A DNA stretch of 53,846 nt, from sequence record PP180005; one strand, given 5' to 3'. The stretch is from Escherichia phage mEp554. Both the position numbers and the translations under genes were made by a program. The notes under the pieces are model-generated. The model did not search any database and was not told where the DNA came from. It saw only the letters and a program-made list of their open reading frames with translations. Positions 17,096 to 25,311 of the stretch are shown here, piece after piece. Position 1 is the stretch's first letter. Every line of letters begins with the position of its first letter.

Positions 17096-17874
17096 GCAAG
17101 GCTAAACACTGGTTATATAATTGGCTAAGAAACTGGGTTGTGTGGTCGCTGTACGACGGCAGCGGGTACGCCGTTAAAGACTGGGCGGAAGCGGGATATA
17201 AGTGCTATTGCTTCAACTATGACGGCGCAAATCACGGCGATTATGAAGGCGTTAAAATCATTCATCCGAATATTGAATACGTTAACGTATGGATTGACAG
17301 TCACTTCCTGGTGATGTTCTCGCCTGACTTGTCAGTTTACCCAGAGCCTGACATTATCCTGGGCTTCCCGCCGTGCGACGATCTCGCCGTGTCTGGCGCT
17401 CGCTGGTTCGCTGACAAACGAAAAAAAGATCCTGACTTCCAGGTGAAGGCGGCGAATAGCGCAAAACTGGTAGAAAAACTGGCGGATATGCACAACGTGC
17501 CGTGGATGGTGGAAAATCCGGTGGGGGCACTGTCAACGCTATGGCGTAAACCGGATTTTATCTTCAATCCTTGCGCTTACGGTGGCTACCTGCCGGAAGA
17601 TGACAAACATCCTGCTTTCCCGGATGTTTACCCGGCGCGCGACGCGTATACAAAGAAAACTTGTATTTGGTGCGGTAACGGATTTAAGCAGCCGCTTTTC
17701 AGACCTGTAGATCTTAACTCTGGTGATAACCCGGGGTGGGCGAAAACAGGAGGCAGGACGAAACGAACAAAGATGATCCGCTCACTAACGCCGCGCGGCT
17801 TTGCCCGTGCTGTATTCCTGGCTAACGACCGGGCCATCAATCGTACTACGCTTAACCGTGTTTTGCCGGACTGA
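17092..17874 (+). CDS. DNA cytosine-5 methyltransferase-like protein (compact, 260 aa)
   Basis: Motif I-like LYDGSGY, motif IV-like GFPPC, motif VI ENPVG, motif IX/X-like RSLTPRGFARAV. Confidence 0.65.
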   Translation: MSKAKHWLYNWLRNWVVWSLYDGSGYAVKDWAEAGYKCYCFNYDGANHGDYEGVKIIHPNIEYVNVWIDSHFLVMFSPDLSVYPEPDIILGFPPCDDLAVSGARWFADKRKKDPDFQVKAANSAKLVEKLADMHNVPWMVENPVGALSTLWRKPDFIFNPCAYGGYLPEDDKHPAFPDVYPARDAYTKKTCIWCGNGFKQPLFRPVDLNSGDNPGWAKTGGRTKRTKMIRSLTPRGFARAVFLANDRAINRTTLNRVLPD

Positions 17875-17896
17875 AATTTACAAAATGGCGTCATTG

Positions 17897-17912
17897 CGTG
17901 ATGCGGATCACA
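17897..17912. promoter_or_regulatory. CRP-like palindrome CGTGATGCGGATCACA
   Basis: GTGA-N6-TCACA; centred about 60 bp upstream of predicted TSS of promoter CTTGTT-N17-TATACT (17929-17957). Confidence 0.35.
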
Positions 17913-18033
17913 TAATGGCGCTTTTTGTCTTGTTTGCATGTATCCATTTTGTATACTTCAAGCAAACAAAATGCTCTTTAAAAATCCGGCAGCGCTGAAA
18001 TGCGTAGAAATCACCTGAAAAGGAGAGAGCATT

Positions 18034-18210
18034 ATGCCTTTTGATAATTACCAATGGCATGACGACTATGAACGAGAGAGCGTTATGCGTGCAATGTGCA
18101 ATGTATGCAGCACGAAGAGAGGAGGCTGTAACGAGTGCAACGAATGCTTAGAACATTGGCTAAGGGCCGGACACGCCGAAAGGCTGAACGAAACAGAGAA
18201 TCAAAAATAA
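18034..18210 (+). CDS. Hypothetical Cys-rich small protein (58 aa)
   Basis: AGGAGAG SD; CNVCSTKRGGCNECNEC. Confidence 0.4.
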   Translation: MPFDNYQWHDDYERESVMRAMCNVCSTKRGGCNECNECLEHWLRAGHAERLNETENQK

Positions 18211-18224
18211 TCGGGGTGGTTTTT

Positions 18225-18830
18225 ATGCAAAACCCTAAAAAACCCATAAGACGCCGTTGCAAATGCTGCGGCGTTTTTTTTGAGCCTAAATACCATAATC
18301 AAACGTGGTGCAGTGATGAGTGTCTGGAAGAGCTGAAATTTGATCAGCTATGCCGCGACCGTGAGAAGGCTATGAAGGCTATGGAGCGGAAGAAACGCCG
18401 TGATAGCCAGCGTGAAGAACGCAACCGGAAGCGTAAACAGTTAAATCCGCGTAGTTATTGGATCAAACAAGTTCAAAATGTATTTAACGCCTATATTCGA
18501 GAACGTGACGCGCGCTTGCCGTGTATATCTTGCGGGACTTACTACGGTGAGCAATGCGGGTGGGATGCAGGCCATTACAGGACGGTAGCCGCCGCCGGAC
18601 ACCTTCGCTTCAACGAGGATAATTGCCATAAGCAATGTAGGCACTGCAACCAGACACTAGACGGCAACATCGGAGGGTATCGCCCGGCACTGATTCGAAA
18701 AATTGGCCTCGCCAGGGTGGTAGCTCTGGAGAACAACAACGAAACTCACAAATGGACGATTGCAGAATGTAAGGAGCTAATAAACATCTATCAGGCTAAA
18801 TTGGACGCCTTAAGGAGAAAGGCAGCATGA
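18225..18830 (+). CDS. ninG: NinG-family protein
   Basis: RRRCKCCGVFFEP...YWIKQVQNVFNAYIRERDARLPCISCG...WDAGHYR...LRFNEDNCHKQC closely resembles lambda NinG. Confidence 0.85.
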   Translation: MQNPKKPIRRRCKCCGVFFEPKYHNQTWCSDECLEELKFDQLCRDREKAMKAMERKKRRDSQREERNRKRKQLNPRSYWIKQVQNVFNAYIRERDARLPCISCGTYYGEQCGWDAGHYRTVAAAGHLRFNEDNCHKQCRHCNQTLDGNIGGYRPALIRKIGLARVVALENNNETHKWTIAECKELINIYQAKLDALRRKAA

Positions 18831-19234
18831 ACGAATATACATTTAGCCTACCTTACCCGCCATCGAATAATCGCTATTACCGACATTCGCGCGGTTTTCA
18901 CTATATCAGCAAAGTGGGGAAGGAATACAGGGAACAAGTAAGAGACATCATTGAGCTATTAAATTTAAATATTAACCTGCCTTGCCGACTGGCAATTGCA
19001 ATTTACGCCGCGCCGCCGGATAACCGGATCAGAGATCTGGATAATATCCCTAAATGCCTTTTTGATAGCCTTACTTATGCCGGATTCTGGATGGATGACG
19101 GGCAAATTGACTCAATAAAAATTGTCCGCTGCCGGAAGATAAAAGGCGGACGCTTGTTTATTAAGATCCGCGAACGCGGCGACCTACTACCGGATATTGA
19201 CGAATACGCGACTAATATGTGGGGTGAGCAATGA
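18827..19234 (+). CDS. rusA: RusA-family Holliday junction resolvase
   Basis: LPYPPSNNRYYRHSRG...RDLDNIPKCLFDSLTYAGFWMDDGQI matches RusA motifs. Confidence 0.85.
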   Translation: MNEYTFSLPYPPSNNRYYRHSRGFHYISKVGKEYREQVRDIIELLNLNINLPCRLAIAIYAAPPDNRIRDLDNIPKCLFDSLTYAGFWMDDGQIDSIKIVRCRKIKGGRLFIKIRERGDLLPDIDEYATNMWGEQ

Positions 19235-19413
19235 AAAACGAAATTAAAGATCTGCAAATAGATATTCAGCGCGATGAGCATGATTTAGCTACAGTCCGAC
19301 AAATCCAGGCTTTCCACATGAGAGAACTGCTTGCGCTGAAAGAGCTTGAAAGAAAGTTGGTCCAATCAATATCTGATCGTAAACGTCTGGTTGCTCGTTA
19401 CGGGGGCAAATAA
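19231..19413 (+). CDS. Hypothetical protein
   Basis: ORF in operon. Confidence 0.45.
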   Translation: MKNEIKDLQIDIQRDEHDLATVRQIQAFHMRELLALKELERKLVQSISDRKRLVARYGGK

Positions 19414-20135
19414 TGAATCTGGAATCAATTCTTAAATTCCACTTCCCAAAATCACCGCGTTTGTCAGATGAAAGCCGGGGCACGTCCCCGGATGCGCTTA
19501 ATACTACTGATGCACTAACTGCCGCAGGTATGGCGCAATCGCGCGTAGAGCTTGGTTATAGCGCTTTTTTGGGGAAGATGGAACTATCACAAGCCGAAAA
19601 GCATAAGGCCGTAGTTTTGCTTATAGAGCGTTTAAGGGCTATGGCAAAAGACTATGAATACGTTATGGAACTGGACGAGGCCAAACGCAATGATCTCATT
19701 ATTCTTGTTGCCGTTTTCGCATTTCGGGATTATTGCCAGAGTGCCGCGACGGAAAAAACTTGTATGGAGTGCGGCGGATATAAATTTACGTTTGACGAAT
19801 ACGGGGAAAAACACCTTTGTAAAAAATGCAAGGGGCATGGGACAGTTCGCAATCATTGTAAACAATGCAAGGGCCGTGGCGAAGTACCGGATAAAGCAGC
19901 CAGCGAAGCGGCGGAAATGCCAGTGTTCAAAACGTGCCAGCGCTGCGGCGGGCGCGGGTACTCGCGTTTCCCTGTAGATCTTGTCCGGCAGGCGGTTAAT
20001 CAGCTTGTTTTTCCGGTAAGCCGATCAACATGGTGGAAGAAATACCGGGCTTTCTATGAAGACGCCATTGCCGAATTGTTCAAAGAAGAGGCGCGGGCTG
20101 ACAACGAAATTAAACGAGTGACGCGGGGTGAATGA
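19413..20135 (+). CDS. Q-like late antiterminator (phage 82 type) with four CxxCxGxG zinc-finger repeats
   Basis: N-terminal MNLESILKFHF...SRGTSPDAL recalled as Q82-family; CMECGGYK, CKKCKGHG, CKQCKGRG, CQRCGGRG. Confidence 0.6.
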   Translation: MNLESILKFHFPKSPRLSDESRGTSPDALNTTDALTAAGMAQSRVELGYSAFLGKMELSQAEKHKAVVLLIERLRAMAKDYEYVMELDEAKRNDLIILVAVFAFRDYCQSAATEKTCMECGGYKFTFDEYGEKHLCKKCKGHGTVRNHCKQCKGRGEVPDKAASEAAEMPVFKTCQRCGGRGYSRFPVDLVRQAVNQLVFPVSRSTWWKKYRAFYEDAIAELFKEEARADNEIKRVTRGE

Positions 20136-20335
20136 TGGATAAGCTGGAAATAAACGATCAGTTTGCTGTTATCTTATTCGAAGATAAAACAGGCGGCGCA
20201 TGGTGTAAGAAAGTCACTGGTGCGGAAGCGCGTTTGGTTTTGGGTATGGCAAGCGCGTTAAACGAAGGCGAATTACCAGCCATACCTATTAAGCCAGTCA
20301 AAATATACAAACGGGGTGACGATGATGAAGCCTAA
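20132..20335 (+). CDS. Hypothetical protein
   Basis: ATGA overlap with Q stop. Confidence 0.45.
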   Translation: MMDKLEINDQFAVILFEDKTGGAWCKKVTGAEARLVLGMASALNEGELPAIPIKPVKIYKRGDDDEA

Positions 20336-20594
20336 ATTAAAAGAACATCTATTTGCAAAGCTGGTTAATGACCTGACATTATCCGCGCGGTTGTGCCGTG
20401 ATACACAACAATTGAGGGCGTGGATAGCAAGGGATTTAAGAAAATACATTGAGCCAGGCGGACCAGGCGACAAAATGACTATGGACGAGGCCATCAAGCG
20501 CCGTTCGGCTGATTGGTCAGTTAGTAACACAGGATTAACCGGATACATTGAAGGCTATAACGACTGTTTACAGGATCATAGCAATGAAAAGTAA
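20322..20594 (+). CDS. Hypothetical protein
   Basis: GGGGTG SD. Confidence 0.45.
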   Translation: MMKPKLKEHLFAKLVNDLTLSARLCRDTQQLRAWIARDLRKYIEPGGPGDKMTMDEAIKRRSADWSVSNTGLTGYIEGYNDCLQDHSNEK

Positions 20595-20796
20595 CCGCAA
20601 GCGCCTTGTAAGGGCGTATGACAAAGCATTAAAGGCTTTTGATGATCTGCGACACAACAAACGCCAGCGCCGTAAATGGGCGCGTATGCTTGTAAGGGAA
20701 TGGCATAGCGAGGAATATTTCCTTAATGCCAGGCACATGACTCAGGATGTAGCTGACATGTTAGCTGACGAGAACGTTTATTACATGATGTGGTGA
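20584..20796 (+). CDS. Hypothetical protein
   Basis: AGGAT SD. Confidence 0.45.
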   Translation: MKSNRKRLVRAYDKALKAFDDLRHNKRQRRKWARMLVREWHSEEYFLNARHMTQDVADMLADENVYYMMW

Positions 20797-20800
20797 TAAT

Positions 20801-21166
20801 ATGCAAATAATCATTGATTATCTTTGCCATGCTGTGAATACGCTTTTTGGTTTTTATCAACAACCATTCCTAAAAGAATGGGATGAAATGCTTAACGACA
20901 TTATTGACAAAGGGTTAATAGTTGAAGTCGGCGAGCTAACGATAAAATTCAATTACGAAGGAAAGGAATATGAAATATGGGTAGGGAATAGATGGTACTC
21001 ATACGGTCATATTTATTCAATTGGCGGTATGTACATTAAACGTAGCCAGGAGTTCAGGCCGCGATTCCGCACAATGCGCCGCCTGCGTGACCTGCATATG
21101 AATATATTTGAAAATCAGGAAGCGTGTGAACTATTCAAGATCTACGGGGATAAATCATGGAATTAA
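20801..21166 (+). CDS. Hypothetical protein
   Basis: GGTGA SD. Confidence 0.5.
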   Translation: MQIIIDYLCHAVNTLFGFYQQPFLKEWDEMLNDIIDKGLIVEVGELTIKFNYEGKEYEIWVGNRWYSYGHIYSIGGMYIKRSQEFRPRFRTMRRLRDLHMNIFENQEACELFKIYGDKSWN

Positions 21167-21387
21167 AAATCTGGCAGGCTATCGACGTAGTTGATAATGA
21201 ATTGTCTATGTTCGCCACTAACGGGAAACGCGTTGTGATCGCTACATGGACACGTAACCATGATGATATTGCTTTTCGTCGCGCTGCGGCGGAATTGCTT
21301 TTCTCTGATGGCGGCTACACGATGAACATCGCACAGCTTGCCAGAATGAAAGATGAAAAGCTGGTGGACAGCTACACAACTGCATAA
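21157..21387 (+). CDS. Hypothetical protein
   Basis: GGGGA SD. Confidence 0.45.
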   Translation: MELKIWQAIDVVDNELSMFATNGKRVVIATWTRNHDDIAFRRAAAELLFSDGGYTMNIAQLARMKDEKLVDSYTTA

Positions 21388-21397
21388 CGGGGTGAAT

Positions 21398-21628
21398 ATG
21401 CGTATCTATGAGCACAAGCGGGATAAAACCCGCTTTTTTGTTCGTGCTGGCGTTGCGTACTGGTATCACGAATGCGGATACATTGAGGCACTTGCTTACG
21501 ATCTGGATTTTGAGCAGGAAAAAGAATGGTTCGATTTTAAAATTTACCGTAAGCGCAAACCAACGCGCGACGAGCGACACGCTATCCGTGACTTTTTAAT
21601 CAGTATTGAGCGCTGGGGGACAGATTAA
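21398..21628 (+). CDS. Hypothetical protein
   Basis: GGGGTGA SD. Confidence 0.45.
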   Translation: MRIYEHKRDKTRFFVRAGVAYWYHECGYIEALAYDLDFEQEKEWFDFKIYRKRKPTRDERHAIRDFLISIERWGTD

Positions 21629-21855
21629 TGAAAGTTAAATTTTTGCACGATCACGGTTATCCGTCATTGAAACAGGTTGTTGGTAAGGTGGTTAACGTCG
21701 TTCATAGCGATAATGTCACTTGCATGATTAACGGTGCTGACCTCATTGCCGCTGGCGCTGATGATCATTACATTAATCCGGCATGGTCGTATACGTTCAG
21801 CCTGAGTGACTTCGTTGGCGATAAGGGGCGCGGGCTGGAAGTAGTCGAGGGTTAA
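21628..21855 (+). CDS. Hypothetical protein
   Basis: GGGGA SD. Confidence 0.45.
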   Translation: MKVKFLHDHGYPSLKQVVGKVVNVVHSDNVTCMINGADLIAAGADDHYINPAWSYTFSLSDFVGDKGRGLEVVEG

Positions 21856-21859
21856 CATC

Positions 21860-22108
21860 ATGGACGTTTACGAAGATCTATACCTTCAGACAAATACCAA
21901 CACTTTTTATTTTCTGAATAACGGCGTCGTGTATCGCAGTGACGACGGGGTGATAATGAAAGAGTGGTTATTTAAGCGTGAAGATCTACTCGACGATCTG
22001 GTTTTTGCCGGGGTATTTCGTAAACGTCCGGCTAACCTGGAAGAAGAAATGTTGATAGAGGTATTTCAAAATGAAAATCAGGGTAAGTTATTTCCGGGCG
22101 AAAGATAA
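21860..22108 (+). CDS. Hypothetical protein
   Basis: GAGGG SD. Confidence 0.45.
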   Translation: MDVYEDLYLQTNTNTFYFLNNGVVYRSDDGVIMKEWLFKREDLLDDLVFAGVFRKRPANLEEEMLIEVFQNENQGKLFPGER

Positions 22109-22124
22109 GGCAACAGGAAGGCAG

Positions 22125-22322
22125 ATGGCGATCCTGGTTAACGAGGCGCGTTACATGTTTGTGCTTCAGCCGTGGTGTGTTGTAGACCTTAACGACAATT
22201 GCCGCCGTCACGCCGCGCGGAGTGCTGTAGGAATGAAAGGATGGCAGCCGCGCGACATGGGAAACTATTGTGACTGGAAATTGGTGGCAAAATATACGGT
22301 TGATTATAAAGGGGTTTTCTAA
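22125..22322 (+). CDS. Hypothetical protein
   Basis: Start at SD-preceded MAILVNEAR (alternative 22071). Confidence 0.4.
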   Translation: MAILVNEARYMFVLQPWCVVDLNDNCRRHAARSAVGMKGWQPRDMGNYCDWKLVAKYTVDYKGVF

Positions 22323-22534
22323 TGCAAGTTAAATGCACATGCTCAAGCAATGACAGCGTCTTCACTATTGGGCGTGCTTATGACGTTCATATCGTTTATG
22401 GCAATGCGGTTAGCGACGCTGGAGTTACGCTTGTATTGATTGACAATCATGATAATGTGTGGGGATTTATGCCAAATTACCGGGGCGGTGAGATAACTGG
22501 TGTTCATTTCTCGGCCAGCTTCGAGCGTTATTAA
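22322..22534 (+). CDS. Hypothetical protein
   Basis: AAGGGG SD. Confidence 0.45.
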   Translation: MQVKCTCSSNDSVFTIGRAYDVHIVYGNAVSDAGVTLVLIDNHDNVWGFMPNYRGGEITGVHFSASFERY

Positions 22535-22571
22535 TTGCGTCATAATGTTGATTTTAATGAATAAATAAAAA

Positions 22572-22587
22572 TGTGATCTTTATCACA
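22572..22587. promoter_or_regulatory. Perfect CRP-consensus palindrome TGTGATCTTTATCACA
   Basis: TGTGA-N6-TCACA; centre about 60 bp upstream of predicted TSS of the 22605-22633 promoter. Confidence 0.4.
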
Positions 22588-22604
22588 ATGTATACAAAAT
22601 GGCA

Positions 22605-22633
22605 TTGTTTCGGCAGTGCCGTTTTGTTATATA
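22605..22633 (+). promoter_or_regulatory. Sigma70-like internal promoter
   Basis: TTGTTT, 17-nt spacer, TATATA; TATACAAAATGG motif directly upstream. Confidence 0.4.
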
Positions 22634-22666
22634 TAAGTCACTGAAAGACGAATGGAAGGTAAGAAG

Positions 22667-22792
22667 ATGAACGCTAACGCTAAATATCCGGCATGGGTCT
22701 TTGAACTATACGCCCGCTACTTTGAATTGCTGGCACCAGGTGAAGAAGCATTAAGCATTGACGAATACGCTGAGTGTTTAGGGTTCAAATGA
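22667..22792 (+). CDS. Hypothetical small protein (41 aa)
   Basis: GGAAGG SD. Confidence 0.35.
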   Translation: MNANAKYPAWVFELYARYFELLAPGEEALSIDEYAECLGFK

Positions 22793-22850
22793 GACAAAGA
22801 AGAATAAAACACGGGGCCGGATGGCCCAATCAAACCAGAAGGTTGCAATC

Positions 22851-23150
22851 ATGAAAAGCGATAAGTTCATAGCGTGCTGTTTTGTTGAAGTGCCTAAAGG
22901 TGATGTTTTCTGCAATTATGAATTTAAAGACAGTTTAGGCCGATCTCATGTTGTTGTTGGTAAGCGGGGCGATTGGTTATATATAACAGACGACGACATG
23001 ATTTTTACCAGAAATCAACTATTTCACATCAACTCATTAAATAATTATGCGCCAGTTGCCGCTATATCCATGATGGATCTTAAATCTAATATGTGGCTTG
23101 AAAAGGACACTGTGCATAAAGCGCGTAGCTTACCTAGTGCGGAGTTTTAA
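22851..23150 (+). CDS. Hypothetical protein
   Basis: GAAGG SD before MKSDKF. Confidence 0.45.
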   Translation: MKSDKFIACCFVEVPKGDVFCNYEFKDSLGRSHVVVGKRGDWLYITDDDMIFTRNQLFHINSLNNYAPVAAISMMDLKSNMWLEKDTVHKARSLPSAEF

Positions 23151-23152
23151 TT

Positions 23153-23407
23153 ATGGTTGTGATCAGACTATGGCGCGGTAATAGCCGATTTGATGGTAAA
23201 TATATCCGCGTAATTGAAGATGTTAATCGTGGTCGGTTTTATGAATTGGTATACAGCGAAAAAAGGGAGAAAGAATATCTGAACGAATCGATCCCTATGT
23301 GGCGTAAAGTGGCTGGCCTTGCCTTAATTCTGCGCCGCGGGTTTTATACAGATCACAACACACTAACAGATGCGGAACTAGTGACAATTCTTTACAAAGG
23401 AGAATAA
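23153..23407 (+). CDS. Hypothetical protein
   Basis: ORF in operon. Confidence 0.45.
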   Translation: MVVIRLWRGNSRFDGKYIRVIEDVNRGRFYELVYSEKREKEYLNESIPMWRKVAGLALILRRGFYTDHNTLTDAELVTILYKGE

Positions 23408-23410
23408 CAA

Positions 23411-23734
23411 ATGTCTAAATTTATCAGCGTTAATGTTTTCCGTGGCAATTTTCCAGAAGATAAAGAAATTGGACAATTCGCAGGTGAACGTGGCGTATGT
23501 TTCCGTGTAGCTACTGAAGACGATGCGCACGTTAAATGCTTTCACGTATCTGAACCGCCTTTTAATGCAGACCATCTTGAAGACCTGAATAGAATTAAAA
23601 GCCTTATTTTTGCCTATCTGGCGTTCCCTGGCATAGCTGATGCTGATGTGGAATTGGTTGGGGCCGAACTGGTGGCAGAATACAAAATGACTGAAGGCGA
23701 AAACGGAGGGGTGGAAATTGAGCGCATCAAATAA
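23411..23734 (+). CDS. Hypothetical protein
   Basis: AAGGAG SD. Confidence 0.5.
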   Translation: MSKFISVNVFRGNFPEDKEIGQFAGERGVCFRVATEDDAHVKCFHVSEPPFNADHLEDLNRIKSLIFAYLAFPGIADADVELVGAELVAEYKMTEGENGGVEIERIK

Positions 23735-23972
23735 ACCTTACAAAATCCGTTGTAAAGGCGAATATCCTGGTTTTACGATTGGTTGCGAATACATGGGCCA
23801 CATTGGGTACGGCCCTTTCGGTGAATTAGGAATGAATACGCTGGACGACGACGGCGACAGCAGGACGCTTGATCTCGATTCTGATGATTTCGAATACATC
23901 CCGCCAGTGACTTGCCGCGTCGTTGATGAGTTCCTGGCTGAACATGAAGACGATGAGGATGATTATGATTGA
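23718..23972 (+). CDS. Hypothetical acidic protein
   Basis: TTG start with GGAGGGG SD; C-terminal EHEDDEDDYD. Confidence 0.4.
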   Translation: MSASNKPYKIRCKGEYPGFTIGCEYMGHIGYGPFGELGMNTLDDDGDSRTLDLDSDDFEYIPPVTCRVVDEFLAEHEDDEDDYD

Positions 23973-24159
23973 ATGCCTTATTGCTGTGACTGTTTTGCTT
24001 TATATCGCTGGCGCGATCTTGATGTCATGTTTTATTAAGGTTAGTGAGGCTGACCGTTGCGGATTTGAGATCCCTTTTTGGCCTGTATTGGTTTTTCTCG
24101 CTTTCTTTGATGCTACGGTAGTGCAGATCAAACAAGCTATTAAGGAGCGCAAAAAATGA
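23965..24159 (+). CDS. Small membrane protein (two hydrophobic segments)
   Basis: MIECLIAVTVLLYIAGAILMSCFI...FWPVLVFLAFF; GAGGA SD. Confidence 0.45.
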   Translation: MIECLIAVTVLLYIAGAILMSCFIKVSEADRCGFEIPFWPVLVFLAFFDATVVQIKQAIKERKK

Positions 24160-24338
24160 TTGAAGACGGCATCTATGGTGTAAACCAGATGGAAAACGTT
24201 TTTTACATGGTTGACGGCGATACCGTAACAATCAGCGTAGATGGTGGGGAATACGCAGAGCCATTCTTCAAAACAACAAGGGAAGACATTAAGCGAAGCG
24301 TTGATAAAGGCATACTATTTAAGGTTGGCGAGCTATGA
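24156..24338 (+). CDS. Hypothetical protein
   Basis: GGAG SD; N-terminal MIEDGIYG shared with next ORF. Confidence 0.45.
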   Translation: MIEDGIYGVNQMENVFYMVDGDTVTISVDGGEYAEPFFKTTREDIKRSVDKGILFKVGEL

Positions 24339-24511
24339 ACGAGATCGAAGACGGCATCTATTTGCACATGTTATTTAACATCGCCTATTTGGTTAAAGGT
24401 GATAAGGTGATGATTCAGAATCCAGAAAGTAAATGCTGGGAATCAAGCATGATGGATCGTTGGCACATGCAAATGCTACTTGATAATAACCTGATATACA
24501 GAAAGCAGTAA
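24335..24511 (+). CDS. Hypothetical protein, N-terminal paralog of preceding ORF
   Basis: MNEIEDGIYLH versus MIEDGIYGV. Confidence 0.4.
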   Translation: MNEIEDGIYLHMLFNIAYLVKGDKVMIQNPESKCWESSMMDRWHMQMLLDNNLIYRKQ

Positions 24512-24519
24512 AGCCGTAT

Positions 24520-24548
24520 TTGTGGCTCGAAAACAAACGGATTAAAAT
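24520..24548 (+). promoter_or_regulatory. Sigma70-like promoter immediately upstream of lysis cassette (candidate late promoter)
   Basis: TTGTGG, 17-nt spacer, TAAAAT. Confidence 0.4.
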
Positions 24549-24576
24549 ATTACCTAACAATGCGAAACTGTAACTA

Positions 24577-24598
24577 CCCGGCCCCGTGCCGGGTTTTT
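24577..24598 (+). terminator. Rho-independent terminator about 30 nt downstream of the candidate late promoter (tR'-like)
   Basis: CCCGGC-CCCGT-GCCGGG hairpin followed by TTTTT. Confidence 0.6.
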
Positions 24599-24618
24599 GC
24601 TTTGTTGGAGGTAAATCT

Positions 24619-24819
24619 ATGTTCGACAGAATACGGGAGGCGTGTGCGTATGTGACTGGTGCAGTAACCGCTTTTTTCGGTGCTATAACCATCAATGACG
24701 TCGCTGTTTTCGTTGGTATCTTATCAACCATAGGCACATTTGCCGTTAACTATTACTTTAAATCACAGGAGAACAAGCGAGCGCAAGAGGAACACGACGC
24801 GCGAATGGGGAATAAGTAA
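24619..24819 (+). CDS. Holin (pinholin-like, two TM segments)
   Basis: 67 aa; GGAGG SD; resembles phage 21 S-type pinholin architecture; precedes SAR endolysin. Confidence 0.7.
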   Translation: MFDRIREACAYVTGAVTAFFGAITINDVAVFVGILSTIGTFAVNYYFKSQENKRAQEEHDARMGNK

Positions 24820-25311
24820 ATGATTAGCCAATCGCTGAAAAACAAGATTGTTGCTGCGGCGGCTGGTGGTGCAATCGCTATTGCGGCGGTGATGATTAAG
24901 CCATTAGAGGGCGTGGAATACGATCCATATCGTGATGTTGTTGGCGTATGGACTGTTTGCTACGGTAACACCGGAAAAGACATCATGCTTGGGAAGACTT
25001 ACACGCAATCAGAATGCGATGCTTTGCTGAACAAAGATCTACACAAAACCGCAAAAGCGATTGACCCATATATCAAAGTCGAAATATCAGATTTTACCCG
25101 CGCTGCACTTTATTCCTTCGCCTATAACGTAGGCGCAACCAACTTCAAAACATCAACCTTATTAAAGCTACTCAATGACGGCAAGAAATCGGAAGCGTGC
25201 GCACAGCTTAAACGCTGGGTATACGCTGGCGGTAGGAAGTGGCAAGGCCTGGTAAACCGCCGCGATGTTGAATATGCCGTTTGCGAATGGGGGGAAACGT
25301 GGACAAGGTGA
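24820..25311 (+). CDS. SAR endolysin (GH24 lysozyme, phage 21 R-like)
   Basis: N-terminal weakly hydrophobic [21 protein letters not shown] segment; [34 protein letters not shown] lysozyme core. Confidence 0.85.
   Translation: MISQSLKNKIVAAAAGGAIAIAAVMIKPLEGVEYDPYRDVVGVWTVCYGNTGKDIMLGKTYTQSECDALLNKDLHKTAKAIDPYIKVEISDFTRAALYSFAYNVGATNFKTSTLLKLLNDGKKSEACAQLKRWVYAGGRKWQGLVNRRDVEYAVCEWGETWTR

Noticed and set aside
15582-17874. Complete 7-deazaguanine (Dpd/queuosine-like) DNA modification pathway
   Set aside because: No TGT/DpdA-like, QueC, QueD, QueE or FolE-like genes anywhere in the window; only a possible YhhQ-like membrane protein, so the full pathway is not supported.
17801-17998. 65-aa track ORF overlapping the 3' end of the C5-MTase-like gene
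   Set aside because: The 5' part overlaps the MTase out of frame with no SD; only the distal part from ATG 17884 might be a real mini-ORF, noted in findings.
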